Source: Lingula anatina (lineage: Eukaryota; Animalia; Brachiopoda). Taken from it: DNA of 64,000 nucleotides. A program made the translations under genes and the position numbers. How positions within the stretch are numbered: position 1 is the stretch's first letter; the number at the start of each line of letters is the position of its first letter. Of this stretch, positions 51,036 through 64,000 are shown piece after piece. The notes below the pieces were generated by a model, which was not told where the DNA came from, did no database searches, and was given only the letters and a program-made list of their open reading frames with translations. The stretch is taken from contig CM120641.1 in the NCBI GenBank assembly GCA_051362555.1, forward strand, positions 18,104,001-18,168,000, given 5' to 3'.

Positions 51036-54000
51036 CTATATTATACATAGTAATGTACTGTAATTTTTGGGGGCATTAGATTTCAGAATCTTTGTTGGTC
51101 TTCTGCTCCACCACATTTTTCCATGTACTGGCATACATAAATTCTGTTTATACACTGGGGTTTTGTAAGACATATTATCTGAATCTATGCTAAATTTCTT
51201 TGCAGGATCTAAAACTGCAACAGCTGAGAGTCCACGTATATTAAAAACAAACTTTCCTTCTCTTTTCCTGAGAACTGTTTTTTCAAACATTTGTTCTTCC
51301 TTGCTACTCTGTACATTCTGTTTTCTTCTTTTGTGTTTTGGCTCTTTAGAATCAGATCTATACTTATCACTTTTTCTTTCTTTACTTTCATGTTTACGCT
51401 TTGGTCTCTTTGAAATGATCAACTTGATTCCTTTTGAAGAGTCATTAGTGCTTTTGACTGTCAAATCAACATTGCTGGTGTCCTCTCCCAAAAACAACAG
51501 GTTCTCATCAGACTTATCTGATGGCTCAGAAGGCTCTGATTTCACATCGCCATCAATATCGATTTCGTCTAATCGTGTTTTATCACTGGTGTGTTCACTG
51601 TCAGCTTCCATTTTATCAGCAGTGTTCAAGAATACTGCCAGCAGATCTTCTCCACTCTTTAAGCTGTCAGAATCAGCCAAACTCACTAAATTGTCAGTTT
51701 TCTTTGGCATTTGGTCCAACTCTATTTGGGCCACTGGAAGCCGTGTAGATAAACAGTCACCAAAGAAACAGTACAGTTTCTCGTACAATTCCTTGTAAGA
51801 TTTGTAAACCATCCTGGTTGGTTTTGTCTCTACTTGCTTAAATAATTCTCCAGGAAGTTCATCGTTCAGCATGGGCTTCATGTCCTGGGAATCTGTCTTG
51901 GTTTCTGATTTCACCTTTTGTTTAGAATCTGAGTTAAGATCCTGAGAAACTGATATCACCTTTGGGATGTCTATTCGTAAAGGGGCTGGTCTTCTTTTTG
52001 ATCGTATGTTACTGCCACATTGTTTTGATGGCTCATCTCCATTCGCATAACTGTATATTCTAAACCGCAGCACTGATTCTGAGGCAGTCTGCAAAATTTA
52101 GTGTGCACAATTAAATCGTGTGAAATGAAAATTGACAAAAGTAATGTACTCCATTGGACACTGCTATAGCAAATCACTTGGAGACATACTCGTTTGATAA
52201 ACGTCCTCTCAACAGTGTTTATCTCTTGATCAGTACTTTGGCATTTAAATGAAAGCTGCTTTCAACTTTTCTAAAAAATAGAGTTTTACTAAAAATCAAT
52301 GTTACTTTGTGCCACATATATATTGTTGTGCAATAAAATTAGTTATTACTTACCAATAAAGCACCAACCACTTTGGATGCATCTGCCTTTAATTGCGCAT
52401 TTCCAAATGTATTATTATTCAATATATTTTCAAGGTGTTTCATGAGAATGGGAAGATTTGGAAGAATATATTGTTCTGTTACCTGAAATTGAAGTAAAAA
52501 ATCATTGTATAATATTCTCACACAAATAATTTTCTACACAGACAGTAGAAAGAAATTTTCAAGAGATCTAACTTCTAATAAAAAAGTTTCATAATGAACA
52601 GAGTATTGAAATAAAGACATTTTTGATCATTTAAACCTTTTACCAGCAGAGCAAGAAAGATGTGTCACCTAACAGACAGCCAGCAGAGTAACATAAACAT
52701 CACTTCAGTCATGGCTCTAATATAATGCGCCCTATCATCGGAAAAAATGTTGTTTATACGACCCTAGTTGCTAAGCAAATGAGATACTGACCTAGAAGTT
52801 GTGGTTGTTGTAATTTGAATGCAATTTCAGGTAGTGTTTTACTGGAGAGGTTGTAAAATATTTAATTTATAGATGGCAGCAAACAGCAAAGTTAGTAGAC
52901 ATCCTGGTCGCATTTCAAAATAACAAAATTTGATCTTGACTAAGATTATACAATGTTTGCTGATTTCAATAAAGATTCTAGTGTTTCACATAGCAGAATT
53001 GACTTATATTGAGTTGGAATGTGGGAGTGGGAGTGGCGAGTGTGATAACAATATGCTGGCTGATATGCCAATTGCCATTTATTTGCTGAGGTGGCATTGT
53101 TTTTTGCCATGGAAGGGTTAAGATGTTCAATATTTATGCTGTACACACTATACTAGCAGATAACAATCATATATCAAATAACAAAAAACAAAAGCCCACT
53201 ATTTCCCGAAGGGCTCATTTAAAACAACTCATCTTTACACAAATGAGACTAAGCATCGATATTCTGAGAGAAATCTTCAAGAATTATCATCCACTCTTTC
53301 ACAGAATTAAATGTGCATGAATGAGCCAGAAATAAAAACTATTAGTGCACTCACGGCAGTTCCCAGAGATGCCATGCCCATCACAGTCCCATAATGTGAA
53401 CAGGGTGGTTTGGTGAGGTCTACCAAAACCTCATTCAATATTTTTATGTTCTTCTGGGCCAACTGATTCACTTGTGAAGACCATTTGCTGATGTTAACAC
53501 AGAAAAAGAACAATATATGTTTAGTAACTTATTGAAATATTACAAGACATCAACATTTCTAGTGGGTTAATCTGTATTATATACATTATATATATATATA
53601 TGTTTAACCTTGTCAATCACTAATCCTTCATAACTGTATCTTATAAATTTCAATATGTACAAAATTTAATTCACTCCAACCCTGACTAAACATAACCAAG
53701 TATCACTTACTTTAAGACCTGAGCTAGTAACCTGGCAGCATAATCTCTCAGTGCCCAGTGGTCATTTAATGGATTGATGGACGCAGCGAGTGGTTCCAGT
53801 AAACAATACATTATACCCTGTACTAAATGGTTTAGCTGAAAAAACAAACAAAAATGCATAAATTTGTCATGGAATATTACTTTGAATAAGACTGAAGAAA
53901 CAATGCAATTATTGTCTGTGTTTCTTACATTTAGTAACAGTAAAGATTAAAAGATCTTTCAAATCATAAAACAATTCTTATTCCCTCTAACCTCACAACT

Positions 54001-57000
54001 TTTTAAACAACTGCAAATGGAAAGATTTACAATACATGCTTATACAGAAATGCATACTTGTACAGAAATGCATACTTATACAGAAATGGACTTACAATAT
54101 ATACAGAAATGCAATCTCTTTTATACTAATGACAGATTCAAAATTCTATGAAAAAGGGGCCACAGTGAAGTATCACTGATTAAATGTGAATACCTCCCTG
54201 TAAATTCTTAAGTGTATAATTCTGTTTCCCACAACACTTTATCTTATCTGCAAAAGCTGACATCATCTTTCCTGCAGCCTCACTCCATTTGAAATACAAA
54301 CACCTTCCCCACATCAAATGCCAGTAAAATTTTGCAAACTCATTCAGTTACTTGACCACTGTTTATGCTTTGGGTCAATACATTCTTATACCCTAGTGAC
54401 CCGAAGGACCTGTAAGCTGAAAAGTTTTTAACACAGACTGCCCAGAGGTCATACTCACATATGGTCTTGGTTCCAAGAAGAGTGAGGGATTGCTGATTAC
54501 AGCCTTGACTGTATGGAGTAACTTCGTCAGCTGCGAAACATCATGACTTACAGTCCTTACCTAAAATAGAAAAAATATCCCTCTTAAACATAGCTTGACT
54601 AAGTTAAAATATACTAAGGGGTATTGTAATGAACTTTACATAAAATTATTAACCACTCCACATTGTTAAATACTTATTTTACCATTTGCATCCTAAAATT
54701 ACATGTAACTGATGAAACTATAAACACTAACTTTTGATAAAACCTCCCATAAGCCATTTGTCTGAACGTAAAAAAGATTTGCTGGTGGATAAGTGAAAAT
54801 TGCTGTTACTTGTTTTAATGCTTTAATAAGGTATTGAAATAGTTATGTACCCCCTGAGATATGAAGTTCACCAAATATGGCATCAAAGGTAAAATTCTGG
54901 CATTGGTCCTTAGATCCTCCAAAGCAATCTGAAACCAGATAACTGCTTACAGGGCTGCATTGAAACACATTTAAATGGATCAATTATTTTTAACAACCAT
55001 GCCTATCACTTTTCAGTTGCATAAGATTCTTATTAAAATATACATGGAACAAATTCAACTAAGTGTCACGGTGGTGAAAAAATGCAAATATCAAAACCAC
55101 CTTTCAATAATTTTAACACAAATTTATCAATACCATAATGCTGTCAGTTACAACAAGCACCTCCATTGCCTCAGAGGTGCTGAATCAAAAGGTTGTCTTA
55201 CAGGTTTATATATCAAACAAATTACCCTCATGAGTTCGTCATCGTTCCCCAAAATGGCCATGGTCATGTTATCATAGTAGGTTTGTAAATCAGCACTTAT
55301 TCCTTTGTTCACTTTGCCATTCTGTTTGCCTAAAAATTAGAAAAAAAAACACTGCATTAGTATTTATTTTTCATAAAGAACCATTATCCATTTAATTTGC
55401 TGTGCTATTTCTTGCTCTGACCACCAATCTTGATAAATGTATATTCCAAGTAGTCGAGGTAACTATTCATTGCATGTACCCTCACAATCCTCCAAAAGAA
55501 GTTCACAACTAATATGCTCTTGATATCACGGACCTCCAAATAACCAGATTGCTTAATATGAACTTACTTGATGTAAACAATAATGTACACGGTACGATCA
55601 AGCTCAAGCAGACATAGACAATTACACATAATGATTTATGTATAAACACAAACACACATATACATATACATATACAGCATGTGATTAAGTAGTCTAATGC
55701 CTTGGAATGGATCGGATGTAGTCTGGTGAAGCAAGTTAGTCTAATTCTGGTCTAAATTGGCCCTAATGTGAATGCGCTTTACCCTTATAAATAGCAATTT
55801 TAGAAAGCTTAAATTCAATCTCTGTCCATTGCTCCCACTTTTACCTTACCTCCAGAGGTTGGTGCTCCTTTATGGGTGCCTTCAACCGCAAGCCAATGAG
55901 CTACAAAAAAAAAAAATAATAATAATAATAATTAAATTCTGCATATGGAATGTCTAAAACACAAAGATAATATATCAAAACAGACCAAAAGACTTATTTG
56001 GTGACAACAAAATAAATGCTTGACTGACAATAAAAACAATTTAAAGTACAGATTATGTTCAATCACTTTCATTTATTCTAATCAGTTACTTTTAATGGAT
56101 GTGGAGCCTGGATTCTGGGGCCCACATCCTCCCAGAGCCATTCCAGCCAGATTGACCTCCCTGTCTTCCACAAAATGGAGCTCGCCTCCTGCAGTCTGTC
56201 GAAATGTGGATGGTTCCCCAGATCCTTGTCCATATATGACCTGAAATGTGAAGAGGTAAAAGTCCGATCCTTATATCTAACATAATAACACACAATTATA
56301 TACTAAGTTTTTAATTTTCCTTTTTTTATATTACTTGAATTGGCAAAAATATAACAGGTATTATGGTGATATTATGATGGTGTCAATTAATGGGTTGGTT
56401 CATAACTACTCAAGATGAATGGGAGGATTTCATTGTATTTAGTACACTTTTGAATTAAGAGAATAAGACTCTCTCATAATGACATTAAATGTGTGCATCT
56501 TTCTTAACTTACCTCCACATCACTTGCACTTAGTGCCTTGTTAAAATCTTCAGTGGTCAGTCGCCTCCTCTTGCTGTGCCTCATGTACTGACAGCTACTC
56601 TGAAGATCAAAAATAAAGGATAATAAAATGACATGTAGTTGATGCTATCGAAATTGCTTATATATAATTCTAATTAGAGTTGAATATAATATACCTGCAA
56701 AGCTTATCTGCTGATGGAGTCCAGACCAACAAACAACAGCAGGGCATGTCCACCATTAACCCACCCCCCTCCCATTTCTCTCTCACACACAAACATACAC
56801 ACATACACCACCACCATCATCACAAGAACAACAACTGCACCCTTGCCTCAGTTTTTGGACTCACATGCTATGAAGGTAAGCCCTCATTATACCATGTGTT
56901 AAAAACATTTGAGGCTTTATGTGATGTCACATTTAAATGGCATGCAGGAGTGGCAGTAAAACTTTTTCAAACTGCATGGTGCACCATGGATCGATACAAA

Positions 57001-57432
57001 ATGACTTTAAATGAGAATAATGTTAGATACAACAAGGTGTGCTGGTGGTCACACAAAAGGACGTGGATGTTCATACCCATGAGAGTTATAACCACAGAGT
57101 GGAATGAGTCCTAACCAGCGTTAAGTACCAAGCATTAAGGCCGAAAACTGAGGCAACAACGACCCCTCCCCTCCAAAACATAGATGAAGATAAAACCTAA
57201 AGTAAGATTCCATCGTCGACTGTTTTGATGACACGACATTTAAAAACCAAAAGCAGCAACAAAACCAACACTTTTAACTGCATTCAAGTACCTGCACCGC
57301 TTCTCTCAGTCGGTATGTAGCATCTTCAGCAAGGAGAGCGGCAACACTCTCGGTCACTTCAGAATGGCCCTCTGCCTCCGCAAACAGGCGTATGGATTCC
57401 CTGGAGATGATTGCATATCGTTTCTCTTCCAT
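51036..57432 (-). CDS. TAF6L: TAF6-like SAGA subunit TAF6L, ~717 aa, 11 coding exons
   Basis: Exons 57292..57432, 56513..56599, 56090..56240, 55850..55900, 55226..55329, 54851..54928, 54459..54560, 53711..53835, 53355..53487, 52354..52482 and 51036..52088. Histone fold (RESIRLFAE...VAALLAEDATYRLREAVQ...MRHSKRRRLTTEDFNKAL), HWLAVEG, and the TAF6L-typical LEPLAASINPLNDHWALRDYAARLL and FFGDCLSTR. Confidence 0.95.
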
Positions 57433-57534
57433 GTTACAATTTTCATCGCTGACTATGCAATACAAATACACTCCGTGTGATCCACTAATTGAATAAAATA
57501 CATTTTTAACACGGCCAATTGATCATCTCATGGA

Positions 57535-57575
57535 GGCGGCCATTTTTGTTGACGTTCTGCAGAACGTCACGTGAC
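57535..57575. promoter_or_regulatory. TAF6L/PC bidirectional promoter motifs: YY1, 20-bp palindrome, E-box/CLEAR
   Basis: AAAATGGCCGCC (minus, 57535-57546), TGACGTTCTGCAGAACGTCA (57550-57569) and GTCACGTGAC (57566-57575). Confidence 0.55.
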
Positions 57576-60500
57576 ATAATCTAGTATAATAATCTCTTTT
57601 AAAAAAAATTACAAAAAAAGGTATGAATTGATTGGATCCTTTATATTTCGTATTAGGCACATAATTGAATGCCAAATAACGTAAAAATAAGACATCATAT
57701 TTACATCCCATTAAAGAACAAGGTCAGTCTTTGAACTAGGCTTTGAACTAAGAAAACAACAGCATGCTGCCACTGCATGAGCACTGCGGGTCATCAAGTC
57801 TACCAGACTACCAGTGATACTGGTACGTTTTTTATGCACCACTGCCCAATGTGTCGTACTGCTTGAACGGCGTGCATTTATCCATTGTTAAACAGGTGAG
57901 ATATTTGACGTTGACAGGTAAAAAAAGAGCCTAAGTATCGACTCACAGCTTCCATATGCAAGCGCATGCATTCTGATTAAACGGTACGTACTTGTAATTA
58001 TATACATGCTGTACAGTTACTAATCATCCTAAGAATTGCTAACGTAACGCATGTCAGTCAGTTATTTGTGTGAATGCACTTTTTAGAAAGCAATGACCCT
58101 CGTTCGTAATGTAGGATAGTCGGAGATAAATTATACATATATCAAGATCATTATCTGTTAATCGGACCATTACATAGGGTCTTACAGATAATGGCATGCC
58201 ATTAATACTATCGATTATCCCCCCCCCCCCCAACATCTCTTTTTGTCTCCACATGCAGCATGATGCAATTTCCTCCATCTGACGCCTACGTAATTATAAA
58301 TCAATTTATTCAGAATCTGCTTATAGTCATGTGCCTTTGTTGCATGTATGGTAGGGCCTACTTTCTTTCTTTATATGTCTGTCTTTATATATTGATCTTG
58401 AATAAATAAAAATAAATAAGTAGAATTAATTAAAAGAAAAAGATAATAACTTTCCTACCCCTTAACCCCATCAGACCAACCTGTGTTTTAATTGAGGGAT
58501 GCAAAGTTAATATTTTATTGAAAGTAAGTATAGGCAAATGTTATAGCACATGGTAGTAAAAACACAAAAATATAAAAGGGAATTTAAGTGAAATAGAATC
58601 TTTAAATTACAGTATATATATATATTGACCTAACAATAAAGTGTATCTTAACGCTGTTAAAAGTAAATATGTATGAAACATGTTTATTTGCTTGCTGTAT
58701 TAGGATTAAGGCACGTCAGGTCAAACATAGAGCATAGATTGTCACTTCAGTTTGTTTGCAGTAGATAAAAGATAGATAACCACAGTTCAAGGTAGAAATT
58801 AAATTTTGGTGTCTTTTTTGTTTATTTTATTTATTTATTTATTTGTTCATTCATTTATTTATTGTCTAATACAATATGCATACACGTGTGTGCTTGTTTG
58901 TCTTTGTGTATGTATTGTACATGTAATGAACAGCATTTTTATTGAGAAAGAGAATAAAAAAAATAATAGTAGTTAAAAAAAAACTTTTGTATGATTGAAT
59001 TGTTTTATTTAAATCACCATAAACAAAATGGGATATATTTGGAATAATTTTGCATTTAAATGTTTTTAGTGCTCAGCATTTGTAGGTTAAATAAATTTGA
59101 TATAAAGGCCAGCTTGAACACACTTGATATAAAGGCCAATTAATGTCTTTAAGTAAGGCCATTTAAATGAGTTATTGAGTGGGTTAACAAACAGTCTCGC
59201 AGATTGGACTCTGACCTTCACCAATGTCACCTTCATGTTCATCCTACTAAGATTTCTGTGTTTACATACCCTATCTCTTATGATCAAAACATTATGCAAA
59301 TTAAATGCTAGAATTGTTTACAGACAATTATTTAAAAACAAATCCAGGAATACAATTCTCAGCCTGACATGTACACCTTTCAGTTATTTTATGAAGTTCA
59401 TCACAGCATTATTTTTGGATTTTTAATGGAATCTTTTAGAAATAAGATTTAGCAAATAAAAAAATGGCCTTATTTGGCAGCCAGGTACCCCCACAAAAAA
59501 TCCAGGTCATTTATATATGTGGCCAGTGACCTACTACTTTTTATCCACTCAATTATAAGGTGTGTTTTGTCCTGCTGTACTTACATGCACCTACATATGT
59601 TAGTATATTCACCTGCACTAGCATAGGTATAGCTAGATATACTAAAGTATAGCATTATACTGATCAACATGAGTTTGGCAAGGTGAAAGATGGTATCTCA
59701 AGGATATTGTGTCAGTTTCAAGGTGAACTATTTTAATTTTTAATTGGACTTTGGACTTTACTTGAACTCAAATTTTGACTATGCAAATTGGATATGAATT
59801 AAGGTGTAATCAGCTGGTTGTTTTTGTTGCATTCTTTATGGTGTCGTCTAAGGTAAGGTTATGGTTTGAAAATTTCTCTTGTAAGCAAAGCCTCTTATGT
59901 TGTTTTACTCAACAAAGACAAATGCAGATGTGCAGTGGGTGTTATGTATATAATAGGATGGAAATAAAATTATTTAATAATATGTACAATGTCAATATAG
60001 ACTGTCTATATAGGAAATTAATTTTTGCCTATATGAAAAAGTGACCTTTTACAGATGAACTAGGTACACAATATATAATGTAGCTCCGCATCAAGGAATC
60101 ATTCCAAAATGTGTATTTTGGGTGCTTTTTTTATTGCAGTTTAAATAGTTTTCCTTCTGTCTGATGCGGTTATATGTTACAGTTTCAGCTGTTACTTTGT
60201 ATCAATATATATATGCATTTAAATGGGTTTTCATATGATTCAAGCTTAAGTACAGCTACATATAGTAAGAACTTGGTCAGTATTTGATGTGTGTGTATAG
60301 ATTTAGATATCAGCGGTTAAAATGAATGAGAAACTGCACAATTTTGAATTGCTTGTCTTATTTTGCTGCTTGAGGTCAATTTAGGAAATTTACTTGTGTG
60401 GAGTTATTTGCATTATATTAATATCTAATTATCCAAGCAATTTCTGTCAAGATAATATTGATTTCCTTGTGTGGCTTAATTAAGGAGTTGTGTCTTTGAT

Positions 60501-60837
60501 TTTTAGTCTGCATGAGGAATAGTATTCACATTGAGCTAAAATTGTACAAGCATTTATTGACACTATTCTTTGGAATTCAGTCAAAACATTTTGGTTTATT
60601 TTCATTTCTTCTCTTTAGATAACATTGCTGACTATTAGATAAAGCATTATGCTGTATCTAGCAGACTGGAATAAATTGCACAACCTTGCGGTTTCTTCCA
60701 TATTGAACATTTTAGAATGGGAGAAATGCGGTTAAACCTGACACTAATTTGATCACTTGTCTCCCTTATTTCCTTCCCAGCTCAAGCCAAGGCTGTGAAA
60801 GAGAGCATTAGAAGAGGCATTACCTTAATTCAGCAGA

Positions 60838-61030
60838 ATGCTGCGCCTGCAAGCTCGCACTGCTCAGATCCGTGTGGCTGCCTCCACACAGTTGACCCCA
60901 CTGGCTGGACGGGTCAAACCAAAACATGGGTATGCCTTGCCCCAGGGGCTTGCCAGGGCCTACTCTACCCCCATACCCAACCAGAGGCCAGAGGTACAAC
61001 CCATAGAGAAGTTGATGGTGGCTAATAGAG
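60838..61030 (+). CDS. PC: Pyruvate carboxylase, first coding exon (mitochondrial transit peptide + start of biotin carboxylase domain); gene presumably continues past the right edge
   Basis: Acceptor ends at 60780. MLRLQARTAQIRVAAS...RAYST...QPIEKLMVANR-G ends at a phase-1 GT donor (61031). PIxKxMVANRG is the PC-type start of the biotin carboxylase domain. A probable 5' UTR exon donor (AACAG|GTGAG) lies at 57895. Other biotin carboxylases are not fully excluded. Confidence 0.8.
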
Positions 61031-61109
61031 GTATGGTACCCCAGGTTCCCCATTGTATGCTACATTATTTTACCCATGGATTGACATGTGTATCATTTTG
61101 TCAACTGGA

Positions 61110-61152
<43 letters not shown>

Positions 61153-62231
61153 GTGTTGAGCAGTTTCCCTTTTTGGCTTTGAAAATGAAATATCTGCTGT
61201 CATGAGACCATGCAGTTACTAAATGAAAAAAAATGTCAGAAACAGATTGTTAAATTAGTTTGTAATTTTACTGACTTAAGATTCATTGGGGTTACTTGTC
61301 AATTCTTCATTGCCCTAGCTGTAAATTATTATCACTTTAGCATTATAATAATTATATATTGTATGGAACATTTCTGTGTATGTGTGATGTATTCCCATAA
61401 GCAAGATATTGACCTGTCCAGTATGATTTGATTTAATGGTTATTCAGACAAGATTCTTCAGTTGAAGTTTTATTGCCTTGACACATTGGCAAGTGTTGGC
61501 ATACATACATGCATGGTGCATAAGATAAATTGAATACATGCTAAGCATTTATTGACTGGCTGAGGTTGATATCTTGCTCTCGACCTTAGATTTTAATATC
61601 ACTTTTCTGAGTTTTGCAAAGCAACGTATTGACTGAGAGCAGAAATCTGTAATTGCTGTATAATGTATTTATTCAAAACCTGAATGTCTTTGCCCTCTAG
61701 GATAACATCAAATGTTGCAATTGTCATCTAATTGATGATAGCTTTTCCCTTCTCTGATCAATCAATGATGATGTCATCTGTCAATATATGGTGATGGCAA
61801 CACTGGTCAATGTTGTGTTTTATTAGACCTCAAATCCATTGATATAAGATACTAATTAATGCTACATGCACATTAAGACAATGTACATTAGACTATTAGG
61901 TTTGAAGCAAAAATTTAATAATATTTTGTCACAAGAGATCGTTTTTGATTATTTATACTAAATGTCTGAATCTGTGCTGTTAAAATCTACAAAAAAAATC
62001 AAAAATGAAAATTTCAAATGAGGTTAGCCAAAATTTAAATATAGAACTAAAAAAAAAAAACTATTTATTGAATGGTTCTAAATAGGGTATACCTTGGTGA
62101 TTATGAAAAACTCATGAAGTATCTTGGAAAAAAAATTTTTTTTTATTTCGCCATATTAAGCTCTAAATGCACATTGTTTGTCTGTAAAATTTATGTAATC
62201 ATTTTCATTTTTGAAAACCCATCAAATGTTT

Positions 62232-63238
62232 TTATCTTTTACAGAATGTTGAACCACACAGTCCATAAATGAAAAAATTAATTGATGAGTTGAGACTTGT
62301 TAGACAAAAAATCCCATTGGTTTTATCCAGTGTATAATGAGTGAAAACTGTCCAGGTTTCTTCTCTATAAGAGTCAAAAAGGAGCACGTAAAACTAAAAG
62401 GTATCACGGCTTGTACATAAAATGTCACCAGTAACACCACCATTTTTATGATCTGGCTGGAGTTATCACATGTAGAATTGGTCATTGTCAGTCGCATTTT
62501 AGCTTGTCTCCTCAAGGACTGAATAAGCTTCACATAAAGAATAACCATGAATCCAGTTAGTAAAGTATTAATAATGAAAGGAAACACCTTGCGGTAAATA
62601 GTTTTGTAACCATTGGCCCATTCCTTCAACTGAACAACTTGGCAAAAGTCATTTGAGCTGTGTTTACAAGGAATAAATCCAACAAATTCAGTATCAAAAA
62701 ACTTTGGAAGGTGATACAAAGCAATCACTGTCAGTAATACGTATGTCCGCCATCGCCATTTTGTTACCTTTCGAAACTCGATGCTTTTTACAGGTTTGTT
62801 TATCACAAGATAACGGTCAAATGCCACAAAAATTAGCAGCCAATGTGAAGAAAGTCTTGCAAACAGCATGATTGGCCAAATATAAACAGTGGTTGTCTGC
62901 ATTGCAACAAAGAACCAGTCAATCCATCCCAAATAAACGTGCAAAGCAGGTAGATTGTTGGTAAATATTGCTGTGATTAAAAAGATGTTATCCATGATCG
63001 CAGTCCAGGATAGTAGATAATCAGTGGATGTATTTGCTCTCTCCTTGTAAAATACTATGAAAGACAGAGTGTTACAAATCAATCTGAGTAGGCTGACGAC
63101 CAGTGATGCAAATCCTAGATCAACGGTGAGGTACAAGTTTGAGGCTGTTTGGTGAGAGTTGGTACTGTTCATCATTGTACTGTTCAATATATTTGTTGTT
63201 AAATTTAATTCATCTGTATCACCAGAAAAAGCTTTCAT
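62232..63238 (-). pseudogene. Intronless class A (rhodopsin-type) peptide GPCR, FMRFamide-receptor-like, frameshifted before TM7 as assembled
   Basis: N-glycosylated N-terminus, TM1-TM6 and FDRY motif in ORF 62300..63238. TM7 LTSLNSSINFFIYGLCGSTF continues in another frame after a 6-T run at ~62306-62311, then stops at 62232-62234. Confidence 0.75.
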
Positions 63239-64000
63239 AATGCCTCAATGTGTAGTTGAAAATAAAATCTTGAACAAATAAGAAGCTGTCTGAATGATGA
63301 CGATACTCATGAAGTTGGGCCTTTATATCACAGAATTTGGCCATGTCCATAACCAATCGGAGACCATATTTGATTTTGACAGTAACAAGGATTCCAAAAT
63401 TTTGATTGACACATGCATGGATGAGAGGATATAAAATGATACGAAAGGAGACAAAGACAACGGCAATGTAGAAGAATAACAAAGTCTCAGCTTTAACTAG
63501 TGTGACAAAAGACCATGCACAGAATAATGAAAATTAAGAAAATATGAATGAAAAGGAGCATATCTTATTGAAACAAAAAAGGAATGGATACCAGGTCTAT
63601 TCATGTCACCTTTTTGACTGAATAATAACTCTTTGTGTTAAACCATCACGTTGGTTTAATCTATACCTATTGAGAAATCTGATTTCAGAAACAATATACG
63701 GATCTATCTTCTCTTTTTTTCTAAAAATATGTTGTTGTGCAACTAAAGTTAAAAAAGGACAAACACTGACTCATTAACTTCGATTTTATTTTAACATTAA
63801 CAAATTTGCCAATTATTTTTCTTTGATTAATTCATTTTTTTTTTTTTTTGGTATAAATGAAAACAAAGACTAAAAACTTGTTTTGATAACTTTTAATGAC
63901 ATCTTCAGTGTCATTGTGACATAGTTCCATAATCCAATTCATCTATAGAGCATTACTTAAAACATGGTTTATTTTAAATAAGAAAATAGCCACTCAATGC

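Noticed and set aside
58462-59187. TTAACCC...GGGTTAA pair suggestive of a piggyBac-like element
   Set aside because: The inverted match extends only ~7 bp, which is expected by chance in AT-rich DNA.
63219-63482. 87-aa ORF overlapping the GPCR start
   Set aside because: No recognisable domain. The GPCR N-terminus already looks complete, so this is likely UTR or chance.

Overview
AT-rich, intron-containing animal genomic DNA, probably a marine invertebrate or lophotrochozoan (inferred, not proven). All gene models were assembled by hand from GT-AG junctions and reading-frame phase. Left to right: the 5' end of a Trio/Kalirin RhoGEF gene (minus strand, 3 exons, runs off the left edge). Next are two paralogous secreted, probably GPI-anchored CUB-domain genes (minus). 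One has an unusual signal peptide-CUB-triplicated mucin stalk-Cys-rich Ly6/uPAR-like domain-GPI architecture that the ORF track does not show. These are followed by complete ZNF318-like (plus), MEMO1 (minus) and TAF6L (minus) genes and the start of pyruvate carboxylase (plus, head-to-head with TAF6L). A frameshifted intronless class A peptide GPCR lies antisense in the presumed pyruvate carboxylase intron. Introns and intergenic DNA carry several MITEs, microsatellites, degenerate tandem arrays and two probable P-element-type excision footprints.
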